64,000 bases of DNA, taken from contig OY253670.1 in the NCBI GenBank assembly GCA_958009085.1, positions 682,001 through 746,000 on the forward strand, in the 5' to 3' direction. Every line of letters begins with the position of its first letter. Position 1 is the stretch's first letter. The notes below the pieces were generated by a model. The model searched no databases and was not told where the DNA came from. It saw only the letters and a list, made by a program, of their open reading frames with translations. The translations under genes were made by a program, and so were the position numbers. This document shows positions 13,701-26,381 of the stretch, one piece after another. The stretch comes from Protoeuglena noctilucae. Taxonomy: Eukaryota.

Positions 13701-16700
13701 CTCGGCTTGGCTGGGGTGCCCTGCTGCAGGCGCTGCTGTGCGCGGCCCTCCGCGGTCCCCTTCCCAGGCCTGGGGCCGTTCGTTACCCACTATCTGCGCT
13801 CCCCGTGCACCGCAGATCCCGTCGACCGGCGAGCTCAACATCTACGAGCTCCGAGGGACGGCGACGGCGCCGTTGGCCGAGCAGCACATGGAGCTGACGT
13901 GCCAGGCGCGTACCGAGTCCAGCCTCCTGCTGACAGTGCCCAACATCAAGCAGACGGCCACGTCGTACCAGGTCCTCGCCGACCTCCCTTTCCTGACCGG
14001 GGACCCGGTGCTGGACGTCCCGGCGGGGAGCAAGGGGACGTATGAGCTCAAGATCCGGCCGCAGCGGTCCGGGAAGTACCTGGGCTCCGTCATGTTCTCG
14101 ATCGACAAGAACAACTACGTCTGGTTCACGATGGACATCACGGTCGAGACCCCGCCCGCCACGGACAGCATGGTGGTGGAGTGCGGCATGCGCGAGGCCG
14201 TGCAGCTCGAGATCCCGCTGGAGAATCCCGTCGATCGGAACATCACGTTCGCGGTCACGCTCGAGGGGGCCTCGCTGATTGGCCCCAAGGACATCCGCCT
14301 GCTGCCGAGCCAGAAGGCCTCGTACCGCCTCTACTGCTCCCCGTTGCTGGCGGGGTTCGAGGCGTGCAAGGTCCGCTTCAACAACGAGGAGCTCGGGGAG
14401 TTCTGGTACCACGTGGACGTGCAGGCCGCGCAGCCGCCGCCGACCAACGTGCCGATCGAGCGGTGCGAGCTGGGGCGCAGCCGGCGCATCGAGGTGCCCG
14501 TCTCCAACCCGCTGGACGCCGAGGTGACCTTCGCCGTCGCCGTCGACAACACGTCAGCGTTTGCGGTGGCCAGCCCCACGCTGACGCTGGGGCCCTTCGC
14601 GTCGGCGGTGGCGGCCGTCGACTACATCCCGAGCGCGCTGGGGGAGGTGGACGAGGGCGTGCTCCGCCTGACGCACAAGCGCGCCGGGATTTTCGAGTTC
14701 CGCATCGCGGGCGAGGGGACCAAGCCAGGGGACATGGGGGAGGTCGCGATCACATCCGTGGTCGGGCAGACGGGCACTGGCATGGTGGTGTGGAGCAACC
14801 CCTTCCGCATGCCAGGCGCGCTGGCGCCTCGCTTGACCCCAGCTGCTCGCTTGTGCGCGACCGGACGCGGCGGCGCTGGCAGCCTTGCCTGCCTGAGCTC
14901 ACACGCATCGCATCCTGCGACTTGCCCCATACGACGCCCTCGCTCGCTCCTTCCGCCCCCGCAGTGGCCGTGGACCTCGACTTGGTCGAGGAGGGCCAAG
15001 ACCCGTCGTTCAAGATCCTCCTGAAGCGCACCGAGTCCATCGTCGTGCACCCCGGGGCGCACCTGCAGATCCCGATCGCGTTCTCGCCTCTGGTGCACAC
15101 CGAGCACATCGGCGAGCTGCAGGTGGCCTACGACCCGGGGGAGAGCGACGAGGACGTGCTCATCTGGCGGTACCCGATCCACGGGCAGGCGGAGGTCCCG
15201 CACATGGGCACGCTCTTCCGCATCACCGGCAAGGCGCGCATTCCCATCGACGAGGAGATCCACCTGCAGCTGCCGGGCGTGGGCAGGATCGAAAAAGAAG
15301 AGCACTTCACGCCGCACCTGGAGATCGCGGGGGACGTGGGCGGCGCCCTCGCTTCGGCCATCAAGATCGTCCCGGTCGTGGCGACCCTACGCCAGCCCAC
15401 CGACCGCCTCGTGTATCGGGTGCAGCTCCTGCCGCAGGCCGCCGTGTCCAAGGCCGTCAACGTGATCCTGCAGAAGTCCACCGGGGGCCGCTGGCGCTTC
15501 GACATCCGGCTCGACGTGGCCCCTCCCGACGTCGTGGACACGATTGAGGTCGAGGCCACGGTGGGCACGGTCGGCGTCGCGCCCATCTGGCTCTTCAGCC
15601 CCAGCGCCGCGGAGGAGACGCCCTTCCTCGGTGAGTGGCGAGGAGACGCCGCATATGTTAGCGGAGGGGATTCACAGGGCTGGAAGCCATGCGCAATGCC
15701 CTTCACCCCAGCGCACATTGCGTTGCGTGTACAAAGGGTTGGGGAAGGGCACGCGGGCGAGTGCCTGGCCGCAACAGAAACCTCTTGTTGCCCTTTTCCC
15801 TCGCAGCCATGCTGTCCCACGACTCTGCAGCGGAGCTGTCCGTGGAGCCCGCGCAAGGGATGCTCCCGCTGCACCCCGCCGGCTTTGACCCGTCGCTACG
15901 CCCGACCAGCGAGGCTCCCATCCGCATCTCCTTCGCGCCGCTCATGTACGGGTCCAAGAAGACCGGCAAGCTGGTCGTCCAGGCCGGCGCGGACCAGTAC
16001 ACGTACCAGATCATTGGGAAGCTGGCGGTGGCAGAGACGCGGCGCACGCGGCTCAAGTCGACCTTCCAAACGAGTCTCCAGGACCTCCCGCCCGCCGTCA
16101 CGGCCCGTGTGTCGAAGGACAACGAGGCCATGCGGGAGGTCCCTGCCCGGAAGCCCAAGGTGAGCACCAGGCATGCAGGCTCGCCAGGCTCGCCTTGCTA
16201 CCTCGCGTGCCGTGATGTCTTGGGCGTGGGCGTGTTTTGGCCGTGCCGCCTGGCGCGCCGTGGCACGCTGTCGGCCTTCCTGCACATCTCTGCATGGCGC
16301 CCATGTCACCGCAGAACTTTGTGGCCTCGAACCTCCGCTCCGTCGCGCGGGCGTCCATTTTCGTGTCCGGGCCGCGGGGTTCCATCGGGGAGGAGCGCAA
16401 GAGCAAGCTGACCGGGAGGAACGACGAAGAGAAGGCGCACGCACGGGTGTCCAGTGAGTGGCGGAGCGCTGCTGTGCCTGGGGAGGCGCCATGCCATGGC
16501 GTGCATCTCATTTGGGCATGCGTCCACTGCACAAGCGCGAGAAGAGCTTGTCTCGATTTGCCCGCTTGCAGTCGAGGCGGACCTGGAGGAGCGGGGCATG
16601 CAGGATGCACGCGTGACGCGCCTGCCGACCCTGGCGCCCGGGGCACGGGTATCCAAGCCGGAGATCCGAAAGGAGCCCAGCCTTCTGCGAAGCACGACCA

Positions 16701-16861
16701 AGTTCCGTGGCGAGGCCGCGCCGGCAACGCCCGTCCCGCCATTGCCCAGGGACAAGCGCAAGGCAGGCCGTGTGGCGGAGGTCCGCGAGGAGGGCAAGCC
16801 CCAGGAGTTGACGGCCGTGGTGCTCATGCGGCAGAGAATGCAGACCGTTGGGTTCTTGTAG
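4763..16861 (+). CDS. CFAP47: Cilia- and flagella-associated protein 47 (CFAP47/FAP47)-like; tandem ASH/Ig-like domains plus a calponin-homology domain, many exons
   Basis: About 12 kb gene of repeated beta-sandwich ASH-type segments ('LDFGQVALG', 'IDFDVAAVG..K.VVLRN', 'VVDFGKRVV', 'LENP', 'VSNPL'). A CH-like segment 'LLYWAQHWL...LGNFNTDFRNGRALFAILASHWP...LHNAQVLLEMVRQLEL...LLLAYLFQTLPQ' lies at about 11600-11940. The exons join in frame at GT/GC-AG sites; ATG 4763, TAG 16859-16861. Confidence 0.8.
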
Positions 16862-17386
16862 CGTGGCTTCGGACTGAGACGACGTAGAGCTCTGTCGTAT
16901 TTTGTGCCGGTCCATTGTCGGCAAACTAGCCAGTCTTAGAGAGGGTGAACCACTCGACACTCGACACGTCTTGCGCGAGTATTTCTCCGTCTCCGAACGC
17001 GGGTGGCATCGTGCCGGCCCAAACCTGCGCGGTGCGGCAGCAGAGGGTGCACAACGTTGCCTCGTTCCGCCTTGTGGACCCAAGGCAGTGCCCCCATCGC
17101 ACACAGCACCGTTGAATGGTGTTCGCCAACAACCGCGAGTCCGTCTCGGACCAGGTGGGCGCGCTCCTCGCCATCCCTTCGGTGCACGCCGGGGGTTCGA
17201 ATGCGCTGGCTTCTGTTGCCGCGAAGCCCATGCGTAACGCGCCGGGCCGCAATCGTCGACGTGCAATAGCAACAGAGTCATGCACAAAGCACCGTTTTCC
17301 CTCGGCGAGCTTGTGTTTGCCACCCAGGCAGGCGCGACGGTGCTTTTTCTGCGTCCTGTCACCGCCACGCGCTGGCTGCCCGGCAT

Positions 17387-19852
17387 ATGCAGGTCGAACT
17401 TCTCTTCAACGAAGTCGCGTACAGCGTGGCCATCCATGTGAGCGACCAGCGATCCGCGGGCGAGGATGCGGGCACCTCGTCTCGAATCCTCACGGTGGAG
17501 GTGGAGCGGAGTTCCGATGGAGAACGTGAGTGGGCGCCAGCGCGGTCACTTTCAGCGGGGTGGGGTCGCGTCTGGGGCTGCGGCAGGCCCCAGGGGCCAA
17601 CGGGCAAACAGACGATCCACCACCTCGACGTTGATGTGCCGCTGTGAATTGCAGAGTGGCGTGAGGACTTCACCGAGTCCTGGATCGAGGACATCACGAG
17701 GAAATCCGGGTCTTACAAGAACTTCGAAGTATTTCTGCGAATGCTGCAGACGGGTTTGCGAGGGGAGTCTCAGACAGGTGCGAGCGAAAGCCTGAGACTG
17801 TTTGCTCCCCCGCTCTGTTCATCGCTTTCTGTGCGACCCACACACATGATTACCTGAGGCGCGTCCCACGCTGCCCATGCCGCCAAGCTCCCACCTTCAG
17901 TCGCGGTCGTTGAGACGGTGAAACCCCAGCGCCGTGGTCAGCCCCCGCCATCACCGCTCTCGCAGTGTCCGTGGAGTTGCTCACATATGCGGACTTGGAG
18001 ATGCTCCGGGAACGGATGGGTTCGGGGCGGGCAGCCTCTGGGCAGTCCCGCCCGCCCCCTCCGGCCGTGCAAAACAAGCGTTACTTGATCCTCACCTACA
18101 TGTCCGACTACGATCGGGTGCACTATCCCCTGCCGCTGCTCTACGACGCGAGTCCCGACCCCGCACGGCTCCGCGAGACTATCCGGCGCTTGCGGGCGGA
18201 GCTGGAGGCCGCCCGGGGGGGCGCGGGGCAGGGTGCGTGGCTGGCGTCGCGCAGCTGGGTCTCTGTCCGCCGCCGCGCCCGACGCGTCGCTCGCCGCGTG
18301 CGACGGCAGAGTGTTGCATTGTCTCTGCAGGGGCCCTGGGCACAAGTCGCATGGGCGAGGTTGTGGTGGAGCTGCGGCGCATGCGGGAGGAGAACACCAA
18401 CTTGCGGGCACAACTGCGGCGGTTCGATTCGGACGCCGAGGCGGCGAGGGGCGAAGCCGAGTCGCGGGTCCGGTCGGACCTGGAGGCGCTGGCACGGGAA
18501 CTGAGGGTGGTGCAGAGGGAGCGGGACTTGCTACGGTGGGTGCCGCGCCGCGCCCGCCGCCCGTGCGCTGCCTGGCACGGCCGGCGATACAGCACACGGC
18601 CAGCGGGCGTCGGGCGCAGGGATCGATGCGAGACGGCGGAGGCGGCGCTGGAGGAGGCGTCCCATCGCCTCAAGCGTACCGACGCCAGCAAGCGCAAGGC
18701 TGTGGAGAGAGCGACCGAGGACGTCACGTCGATGCGGGAGGCCTTACGTGAGGCACGCGCGCGCGCTCGGAGCCTGCAGGCCGAGGTCGACGCCCTGCTC
18801 AAGCCCCGAACGTCGAGCGCGCCCCGCTCGCGCGCCTCCCCGTCCGGCCGACCCGGGCGCGCCCCGCCATCCGCGGCCCGCCCCGCAGGCCCCGCCTCCT
18901 CCAGCCGTCCTGGCTCCGTGCCGCTCCGGTCCAGGGAGCCTCGCGACCCGCCCCGCCGGGAGCCGCCCCACCGCACCAGTGCCCGCAGCTCATCCTCCAA
19001 CCCCCGGTCCGCCCTCTCCCCCTTGGCTCTCGAGCGCATCCAGAACCGCTCCCGGCCCTGGGCGAACGCGACGCCCTCTGTGGGATCGAGGTCCCGCGAC
19101 TCGACACCGACCCGGGTGCGACCACGGCGCCGATGCCCGCCTGGCGCGGCTCTCTCGTTCCCGGCCAATCACGCTCACTTCTCGGAGCTCTGCGTGTGCG
19201 CAGAGTCCGCGGTTCGACCCCACTGCGTGGGTGCGGCAGCAGAGGGAGAAGGAGGACGAGTATCGACGGCGCGTGCAGCGGACGTTTACGCCCCCGAGCT
19301 CGCGTCCCGCCTCACGCGCGCCGTCGCGGTCCGCCACGCCGCCGCGGGATGCCAGCGCAGGGCGCGCGCGCCACGACGCTGCGCCTGCCCGGCGCGCATC
19401 GCGGGGCCCCTCGCCCACCGCGCCCCGCCCGGCAGCTGCGCCTGGTGCCAGGACATCGGCGCGGTCGGCGTCGGCGTCCCCCAGCCGGGCCGTGCAGGCG
19501 CTCAAGGACCGGCTGTCCAGCTACACCCGCGTGGCTGTGGCGGACGGGGCCGGGCATCGGGGCCATGGCGATGGGGTTGAGGCGGGCAGGGACGAGGGCG
19601 TCGGCGCGGCGGGGGCTGCTGTCGAGCCCGGAGATGGGGGCTCTGCTGTGCGTCCCAAGGTGAGACCGGGTGAGCAACGCTCACCCTTCCTGCTGGTGGC
19701 AATGTGCGTGAGGAATGAGGGTCCTTGGTTGAGCTGGCGCGCAGGCCAGCGACTTCTATCAGGACGTGGAGGACGCGAACGAGCGATTGGAGAAACTGCA
19801 GGCGTACATTCGGGAGGCCAAGCAGCGCGGGGAAGCCAAGAGGGATGGGTAG
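17387..19852 (+). CDS. CCDC61: CCDC61/VFL3 centriole/basal-body protein (SAS6-like head plus coiled coil)
   Basis: Spliced translation reads 'LTVEVE...WRGDFTESWIEDITRKSGSYKNFEVFLRML...VELLTYADLEMLR...NKRYLILTYMSDYDRVHYPLPL', the conserved CCDC61 head. It is followed by a coiled coil, 'RFDPTAWVRQQ' and C-terminal 'DANERLEKLQAYIR'; TAG at 19850-19852. Confidence 0.9.
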
Positions 19853-20364
19853 AGCCCCTGCTGTCAGCCTTTTGTTTTGGCATTCCAGACGCGATGCGAG
19901 GTGTTTGTACAGGAACACTCTGCCTTTCAAGGCGTAGGCGAATGAGGCGACCTCGCAATGCTGGTGAAAAGAATTTGGTTGTGACGCACACGGGGAGCTG
20001 GACGCTGCTCGCGACGGCGCAAAGGCAATTGTGATACGTTCGTGTTGACAGGTGAATCGGGGGACTGCCGGGCGAACTGTTGAGCAGCGGACGCGTGGTT
20101 TGGTCGGCACTGCATGTAGACGTGCATTCTCTCGACCCGCGGCTGTCTTCGGCCCTCCGAGGCTGACTGGAGGGGTCCGCATTACGATCAATAGACAGAT
20201 GCAGTCCATCAGTGGGTCTGCACGTGCAGAGCCTCTCATCTGCGCGCCCGAAGCACCCGAGCTGGATGTCGATATGTCACCACGAGCGTGAAGCCGGTCG
20301 CCAATAAGAGCCCGTCTTCCCTAACCATAGTTGCAGGTGCTACTGTGAAGGTGCTGCTGTGGAA

Positions 20365-23300
20365 ATGATGCTGGTGTCCGAGGCCCATGGGGCGGGGAGG
20401 GGCCGCACCAAGGCCGGAGGCCCTGCAGTGCAGCAACAGGGCAGCGCGAAGCCGGCCGACGAGCTCTTGAGCACCGTGCGCATGCGTCCGCTTTCGGCAG
20501 AGGGCTCGGTGAAGTCCAAAGACGCAGAGAGCTCGGGCAGGACCTCGCCTATGCCGTCCCCCGGCCGCCACACCGCACCGCCGGCCCAAGACACCCTTGA
20601 TGACGACAAAGACGCTGGACCGAATTCTGCGAGCAGCGACGTGATGCAGGACGACGACGTTGAGGGCCTGCTGAAGACCCTGGAGGCCTTTGGGAGCGGT
20701 GTTGAGGTGAAGGACGACGATGAGCTGCTCGCGACGACGCTTGCGGATGTCCTTTCGCGGCCTGCACAAGAGCTGGGGACGGCGAACAGCAGGGAGCCCT
20801 CGCGGCCAGGTCGCAAGGTGGCGAGCCAGCCAGAGACCATCCCGGCTTTCGAGGATGGCGTTCAGGAAGGTGAGGTGCAGCTGTTGCCGCGCTGCGTGGT
20901 GACAGAGCAAACCCTCGCATCCTGCAAGGTCTGCCATCCATTTCACTTTCTCAGAGTCCGAGCATGTTGCGGCTTCTCGGACGGCGTCCATGCCCCGGCA
21001 GGGCAGCACCCGCGTGGGCACCACGGTCGTGACGCACCGCGCGCGCGGCAGCACGTTCATGGACAGCGTGAACACCCTGGGGAGCACTCTGACGGGAGAG
21101 GACGAGCGGCGGCTCCTGAGGCACAGCAAGGGGCAGGGGGACGGCGGGATACGCGTGGCGAGGCACGCCTTCTTGGAGTCCAAACTGGGGCGATTCGAGA
21201 AACGGTCCCGGCGTCATTTGGGCACCGAAGCGAACCTGGATGTCGAGTGGGACGCAGGTATGCCCCAGGGGCCCATGATGAGGGCCGAGGTGGACACCAT
21301 CCTGAAGAACTGGAACCCGGTGGCCAACGTCTTTGAGCGCATCGCCATCGTGTCGCATCACGCCGACGGCAAGAGGCCCGGGGCGGCGAAGGCGGCGTCC
21401 AAGCAGGCAGGGCGACAGGAGGCAAAGGCGAGTGACCGAGTGGTCCTTGCATGACGTAGGCATTTGGCAGGTTGTTACTGTGGTGGGTGGCCGCGGGTTG
21501 CGACGGCCCAGTATTGCTATCGGCCCTGTGCCGCAGGGCGAGCACGGCATGGAGGAGCGCGTGAAGAACGCCCAACGGCGGTCGATCGGTCACTACCAGA
21601 AGCGCGCCGAGGGCGACTTGGCGTACCACCACCGGACGGCCCTGATGAGAGGGCCGGACGTGGCCACGCGCATCATGATGAGCGACCAGTCACACAAGGT
21701 CCCCAACATGGACTCTGGCACGTTCCAGGAGACCCTCTCTCAGTTCAAACAGGCCCGTGCGGATGACATCCAAGGCGGCGTGCGCTTTGCGACCAGGACG
21801 GCCTCGTCGCCATCGATCGAATCTCCCCGGCAACAGGTGAGAGCAGCGACATGACATGGTGCTAGCGAGCTAGCTGGAGCCCGAAGGCCGCACTGCTCGA
21901 TGCACATCTCTGTTGACCCTTGCGCCTCCTCAGGCCCCACCTGCGCCCCCCGGGGTGACGCGCATGTTGGTTCGACACGAGATTGGCGCCGGCGGTGTGG
22001 TGAGGGCCGTAACTGCACGTGCCAGGCCCGCGACTGCGAGCGCGGTGACGGCCGGGGATGTGCGGGCTGCCTCGGGCCCGACTGAGCCGCCAGCACTACC
22101 CTACTCTGGGGCAATGGTAGCGGCTCCCCAGCCTGGGAGCGAGGGGCGGCCCGCTGGCCCCTGGGAGCGGGGCTCACGTGCCGCTTGCGACTCAGGCGGC
22201 CGACTCAGGCGGCCGACCACCGCCAAGACAAGTGAGAGCGCAGCTGCTGCATGCACTGCTGCCCTGGCGAAGGACGCCCCAATGCATGCAGTGCCACCAC
22301 GCTGGGCCAGCCAGTCTCCCAAAGTCGAATGCTGCGCTCGTCTGCACCGGCGGCGCTGCCCACAGCCCCGCTGCCACCGGCAGCCCCCAGCACTTCCCCC
22401 CTGGACTCTCGGGCATCACTTTGCCCTCGCAGCCACATCTATGGCGACGACGGCGCACTCTGTGGATGTGACGCCCTATTCCGCGGAGCACCCGAGTGGG
22501 CGCAAGTTCTGGGCGTGCACGCTGGCGCAACACCCACGGGGGGCTCGCTTGCAGGGGATCGACAGTGCCCAAGCAACACCGTCCTGGTGTCCGCCGGGAT
22601 GCACGCCGGGCCTCGCTGGCAGGCCCCCTGCAGGTGGCGGGCAGTCACCCAATGCAATCACCCCGTCCGTGCGGCTGTGCTGCCTCGGTCACAGTCGGTT
22701 GTAGCGATGCGGGCCTTTGACCGCTGCTCCTCGCCGTCTCCCGCAGAACGCCCGGTCAGTCGGGACCGGGACTGGCGTCGCCACCACGTGCTCTCCACGG
22801 CGCGCACGGTGCCCGCGGCCAGTTACCGCATCGCGTGGGCCATCGAGACGCACAAGACGTGGCACGCCGGGAGCGACAGCAGCTCAGGTGAGTTTGCGAG
22901 TCCACTGTGCTGTGAGCATCTCTCCTTGGTACCCAAAGCCAAGCTAGAGTGTGAGCGACTCTGACGGCAAAGCGTGGTGTCGTCAAAGCGGTCGAAACCC
23001 ATTTCGTGCACAGACGACGGTGAAAGCGAGGACGAGGGCCAGGGCCAGGGCTACTTCCCCGAGAGGCCCCTGGGCTCCCAGCCGTCGTTACCGCAGGGCC
23101 CGGAGGCGGAGGCGCGGCTGCGCGCCGAGCGCAAGAAGCGGGCAGCGGCGATGCGCAAGGTGCCAGGGGACCACCTCTTGAGCCTCTTCGTGGGGTTTCG
23201 AACGGCCGACTCCCCCAAGGCGGAGGGCCGGGGCCGAGGACGGTCGCGGGACGGGGACGAGGGCCCGGGTGACCGACAGGAGAAGGAGATACGCGTGGAT

Positions 23301-23849
23301 CGCAAGATCCATCTGGAGGTGCAGGCGCGCACGTGGCAGCCGCCTCGCCCGGAGGGAAGGCCCAGCCGCGTCGTGAAGGGGCACGCTCGGGGAGCGGAGC
23401 GGGCACGGTCGCCGACTTCGCCGCTCCGAGAGCCCTACGTGGGCGGCAACGCGGCGGCGCCCGTGCTACCCTTCCAGCCCCGTCCGTCCAGGCCGGCGTC
23501 TGCCGCATCGGGGGCGGCGGCACTGGCAGCCCCCGCTGCCGATGCGGACGGGGCGCCGGCGGTGGCTTGGGAGGCGGGGCGCGCGAGCGGCGGCGCGGAG
23601 GGGACCGGGGCCGGGACTAGGACGGCGTCTGGGAGGCGGTCGCCTACGACGGCGTCGCGAGGCAGGGCGGGCAGCCCCTCTGGGCGTCGGTCGCCAACCC
23701 GGACGGAGAGCCGTGCGGATGACGAGGTGACGGTCGTAGAGGAGGACGAGGCGGCAGCGGGGGTCACGTTCAAGGGTGACGACCTGCACCGCCGTCTGAC
23801 GGCGCGGCTGGGCGTGGTGTTGGGGACGCCGCGCAAGGGGCGGCCCTGA
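20365..23849 (+). CDS. Uncharacterised multi-exon, largely low-complexity protein
   Basis: A chain of exon-like segments (about 20365-20869, 20956-21258, 21537-21835, 22747-22888, ending at TGA 23849) bounded by GT/AG sites. I recognised no family, and the exon model is tentative. Confidence 0.5.
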
Positions 23850-24072
23850 GCTGGGCAGCGGGGTTGTGACGGGGCCTAGGCAAAGCTTGAAAGCTTTGCT
23901 CTACGCCCCTTTATGCACTGTGGTCCTGTGCCGATCGCGCCGGGTCTTCTTGGCTCCCGATGCCCTGTGCGTCCTCAGACAACAGGCGAGGCCTTGCCGT
24001 CACACACTGCAAGTCAGGGATAAAGGTGCTTTTGTACAGTCCGGCTGGGTGCGTGGGTTATGCAGCTATGCG

Positions 24073-26214
24073 CTAGTTCTCGACAACAGCGCCCTCACCG
24101 ATGTACTTGAGGAGCATCCGGAGCTTCCGCCCCGCTCGCTTCTGCGCCCACACCTCCGGCGGCAGCTGCGTCGGCCTGTCACGGTCCTCGTCGTCGCTGT
24201 CCACATCTGCAACGACAACCACGTACACCCATCGCTTGAGGCACGCGGGGCTGTGCGAGCGAAGCCCCACAGATAGGCGCTGCGTGTGCACGAGACGTGG
24301 CAGCGTTCCCCTCGACGACCCACCGTCATCGTTGCCCGCCTTGGGCCCGAGCGGGGACGAGGTCCCTGCGTAGAGGGGGTCCAGAAACTGGACGATGCTG
24401 TGCGCCAGGTCCTTGTGCGAGCCCTTCACCGCACCGCCCGCGCTCTGGAAGCCGTCCAGCCCTGCCGACAGGATGCAGTCGTGCAGGCAGGCCCACACTT
24501 GCGGGAGCAGCCGGGGTCTGCGGGGGACAGGTGGGCATATGCACAGAGAGGCGAGTTGGAGTGTGGGGTGGGTTGCGTTTGAATCGAAGCGGCCCTGACG
24601 AGCCCAGCGAGGGGCGACATGGGCTGGGGACATGCATAGCCAGATGCAAGGTGGCACCATGCGCGCAGAGGCCACACCCGATCCGAGCCAGGTCGACCTG
24701 CGGCCAGGGCGCCTGCCTGGCGAGCACGGGGTGGGCGTCGCCGCGGCCCTCGCGGAGAGCCACGACACCGAGGGCCAGGGTCCCTGACACGCGGCACTGG
24801 CGCTGGAAGGTGGCGCCGGCGAGGCGCTCGATGGTGCCCGCCACGACCCCCCCGGGCCGCAGGGTGAGCGAAGCGCGCAGACCGCGGGCTTGGCACTCGA
24901 GCTCCAGGCTTCCCGACAGCGAGAGCTCGAAGAGCCCCCAGGACGGGGCCCCGGCGGGGCGCGTGAGGACGATGCGGGGCAGCGAGGTTGCGACGTGGGT
25001 TTCGCCGTGGCGAGCGAAGGTCACGGTGAGCTTGCCCTGAGAGAGGTCAGAGACTTCGGGCGAAGTGAGTGCCATGGGAAAAGAGAGGGACGAGCCTTGC
25101 ATGGGTGGCGCGTCACTCGCCCTCAGGTCGATCTCAATGACAGCAGGTTTGCTCTTCTGCGCGTCGGTGATCGTCGCGACTGGGTACATCTTCAGCTCGG
25201 CATCGGCCTGGGGAGGGCGGAGGGCGGAGGGCGGAGGCCTCGCTGCGTCGCTTGCAGGGCATCAACACAAGCAGCGTCACGACCACAGCAAAACATCCCC
25301 ATCGCACCATGTTGCGCTCCGGCGAGCAGCCGGCGGCGACGAAGTCATAGGGCTCCACTCCGTTGGCCACGCCCTCGAACGTGTCGCTGCCGGCATAGAA
25401 GCAGAGCCCCTGGTAGAACAGCGTGGCTGTGGGGACGCCCGGCAGCTCCCGCACGCCCGCCAGGTGCGTCCCGAGAGAGATGTGCGGGCACGCGTCGGCG
25501 CCCGCGCCGGCTCGCAACATGTCCAGAAGCACTGCAAGCGTGGGAAGGCGGGGTAGCCGCGCAAGCCAGCCATTGCGAGGGAGGTAGCCAGGACCCGCCG
25601 TGGGCGGCATCTCACTCGTAAGAGCAAGGGAGATTGTGCCGACGATGCGCTCGACGGACTCGTGCGCCTGGTCGGCCGCAACCAGCTGGCTGGCGTGTGA
25701 GACATAGACATCTAGTCGCTGCCGAATGGGGGCGGCGGGGGGGCGCCGGACCTTGGCCATCGGGATCCCTGGCTCCTTGTTCACTGCGGACGCCACCAAA
25801 GTCACTACCTCGACGCGCGGAGTCCCTGGGAGAGCGGGAAGTGCATCTGCGGCAAGCGCTGCCCAACTGGCCTCGGACGGCGTTCTTGGTCAGGCCCTTG
25901 CGCTCCCTGGCACGGCGGTCCTTTTCCACCTTCTCTGCCGCCCTGCAATGGGCGACGAGAGGCTTCCGAAGCGCGAGGCGGGCAGCAGATGACGGTTGAT
26001 GTCCCTTTGCTCCCCAATGCTCCCCACCTCTTCGCCGCCCGCGTGAGGAACTCCGAGATGTCATCTTTATCGTCCATCGCGCCTCGCTGTCCAGCGCAGG
26101 GCGCGGGTCGCGCAGATGCGGGAGCCAGCCAAACCCGTCAGCAGACAAGCCGGGCTTAGCGCCGCCTCTCCACCTGCTCTTCATCTGAAGGCTGTTATGA
26201 GCCTCGCGTGCCAT
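24073..26214 (-). CDS. Uncharacterised multi-exon protein
   Basis: Consecutive minus-strand frames 25134-25805, 24326-25189 and 24073-24490 contain globular-looking sequence ('RQRLDVYVSHASQLV...LFYQGLCFYAG', 'MYPVATITD...VIEIDLR', 'LRMLLKYIGEGAVVEN*') with intron-like breaks. The start is uncertain. Confidence 0.5.
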
Positions 26215-26381
26215 TGCATCGCGTCTGCCCTGGCGCCAGTCTGACTCACCCTAGCACGGCCAAATCTGGGGCCGCGGCCTGGCTCCCCTGAACATTCAAG
26301 CTTGGAGTTCCCTAGTCAGGACTCCCGTTAATCCCCTCCCCCTCCCCCGCCTCTCCTGCGCGGAGGGCACGAGCTGCCAAC

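Noticed and set aside
4763..16861. Frame changes and stops in the long ASH-domain gene read as a pseudogene or programmed frameshift; also considered HYDIN/CFAP65
   Set aside because: The breaks I checked resolve as GT/GC-AG introns. The internal CH domain and overall size fit CFAP47 better.
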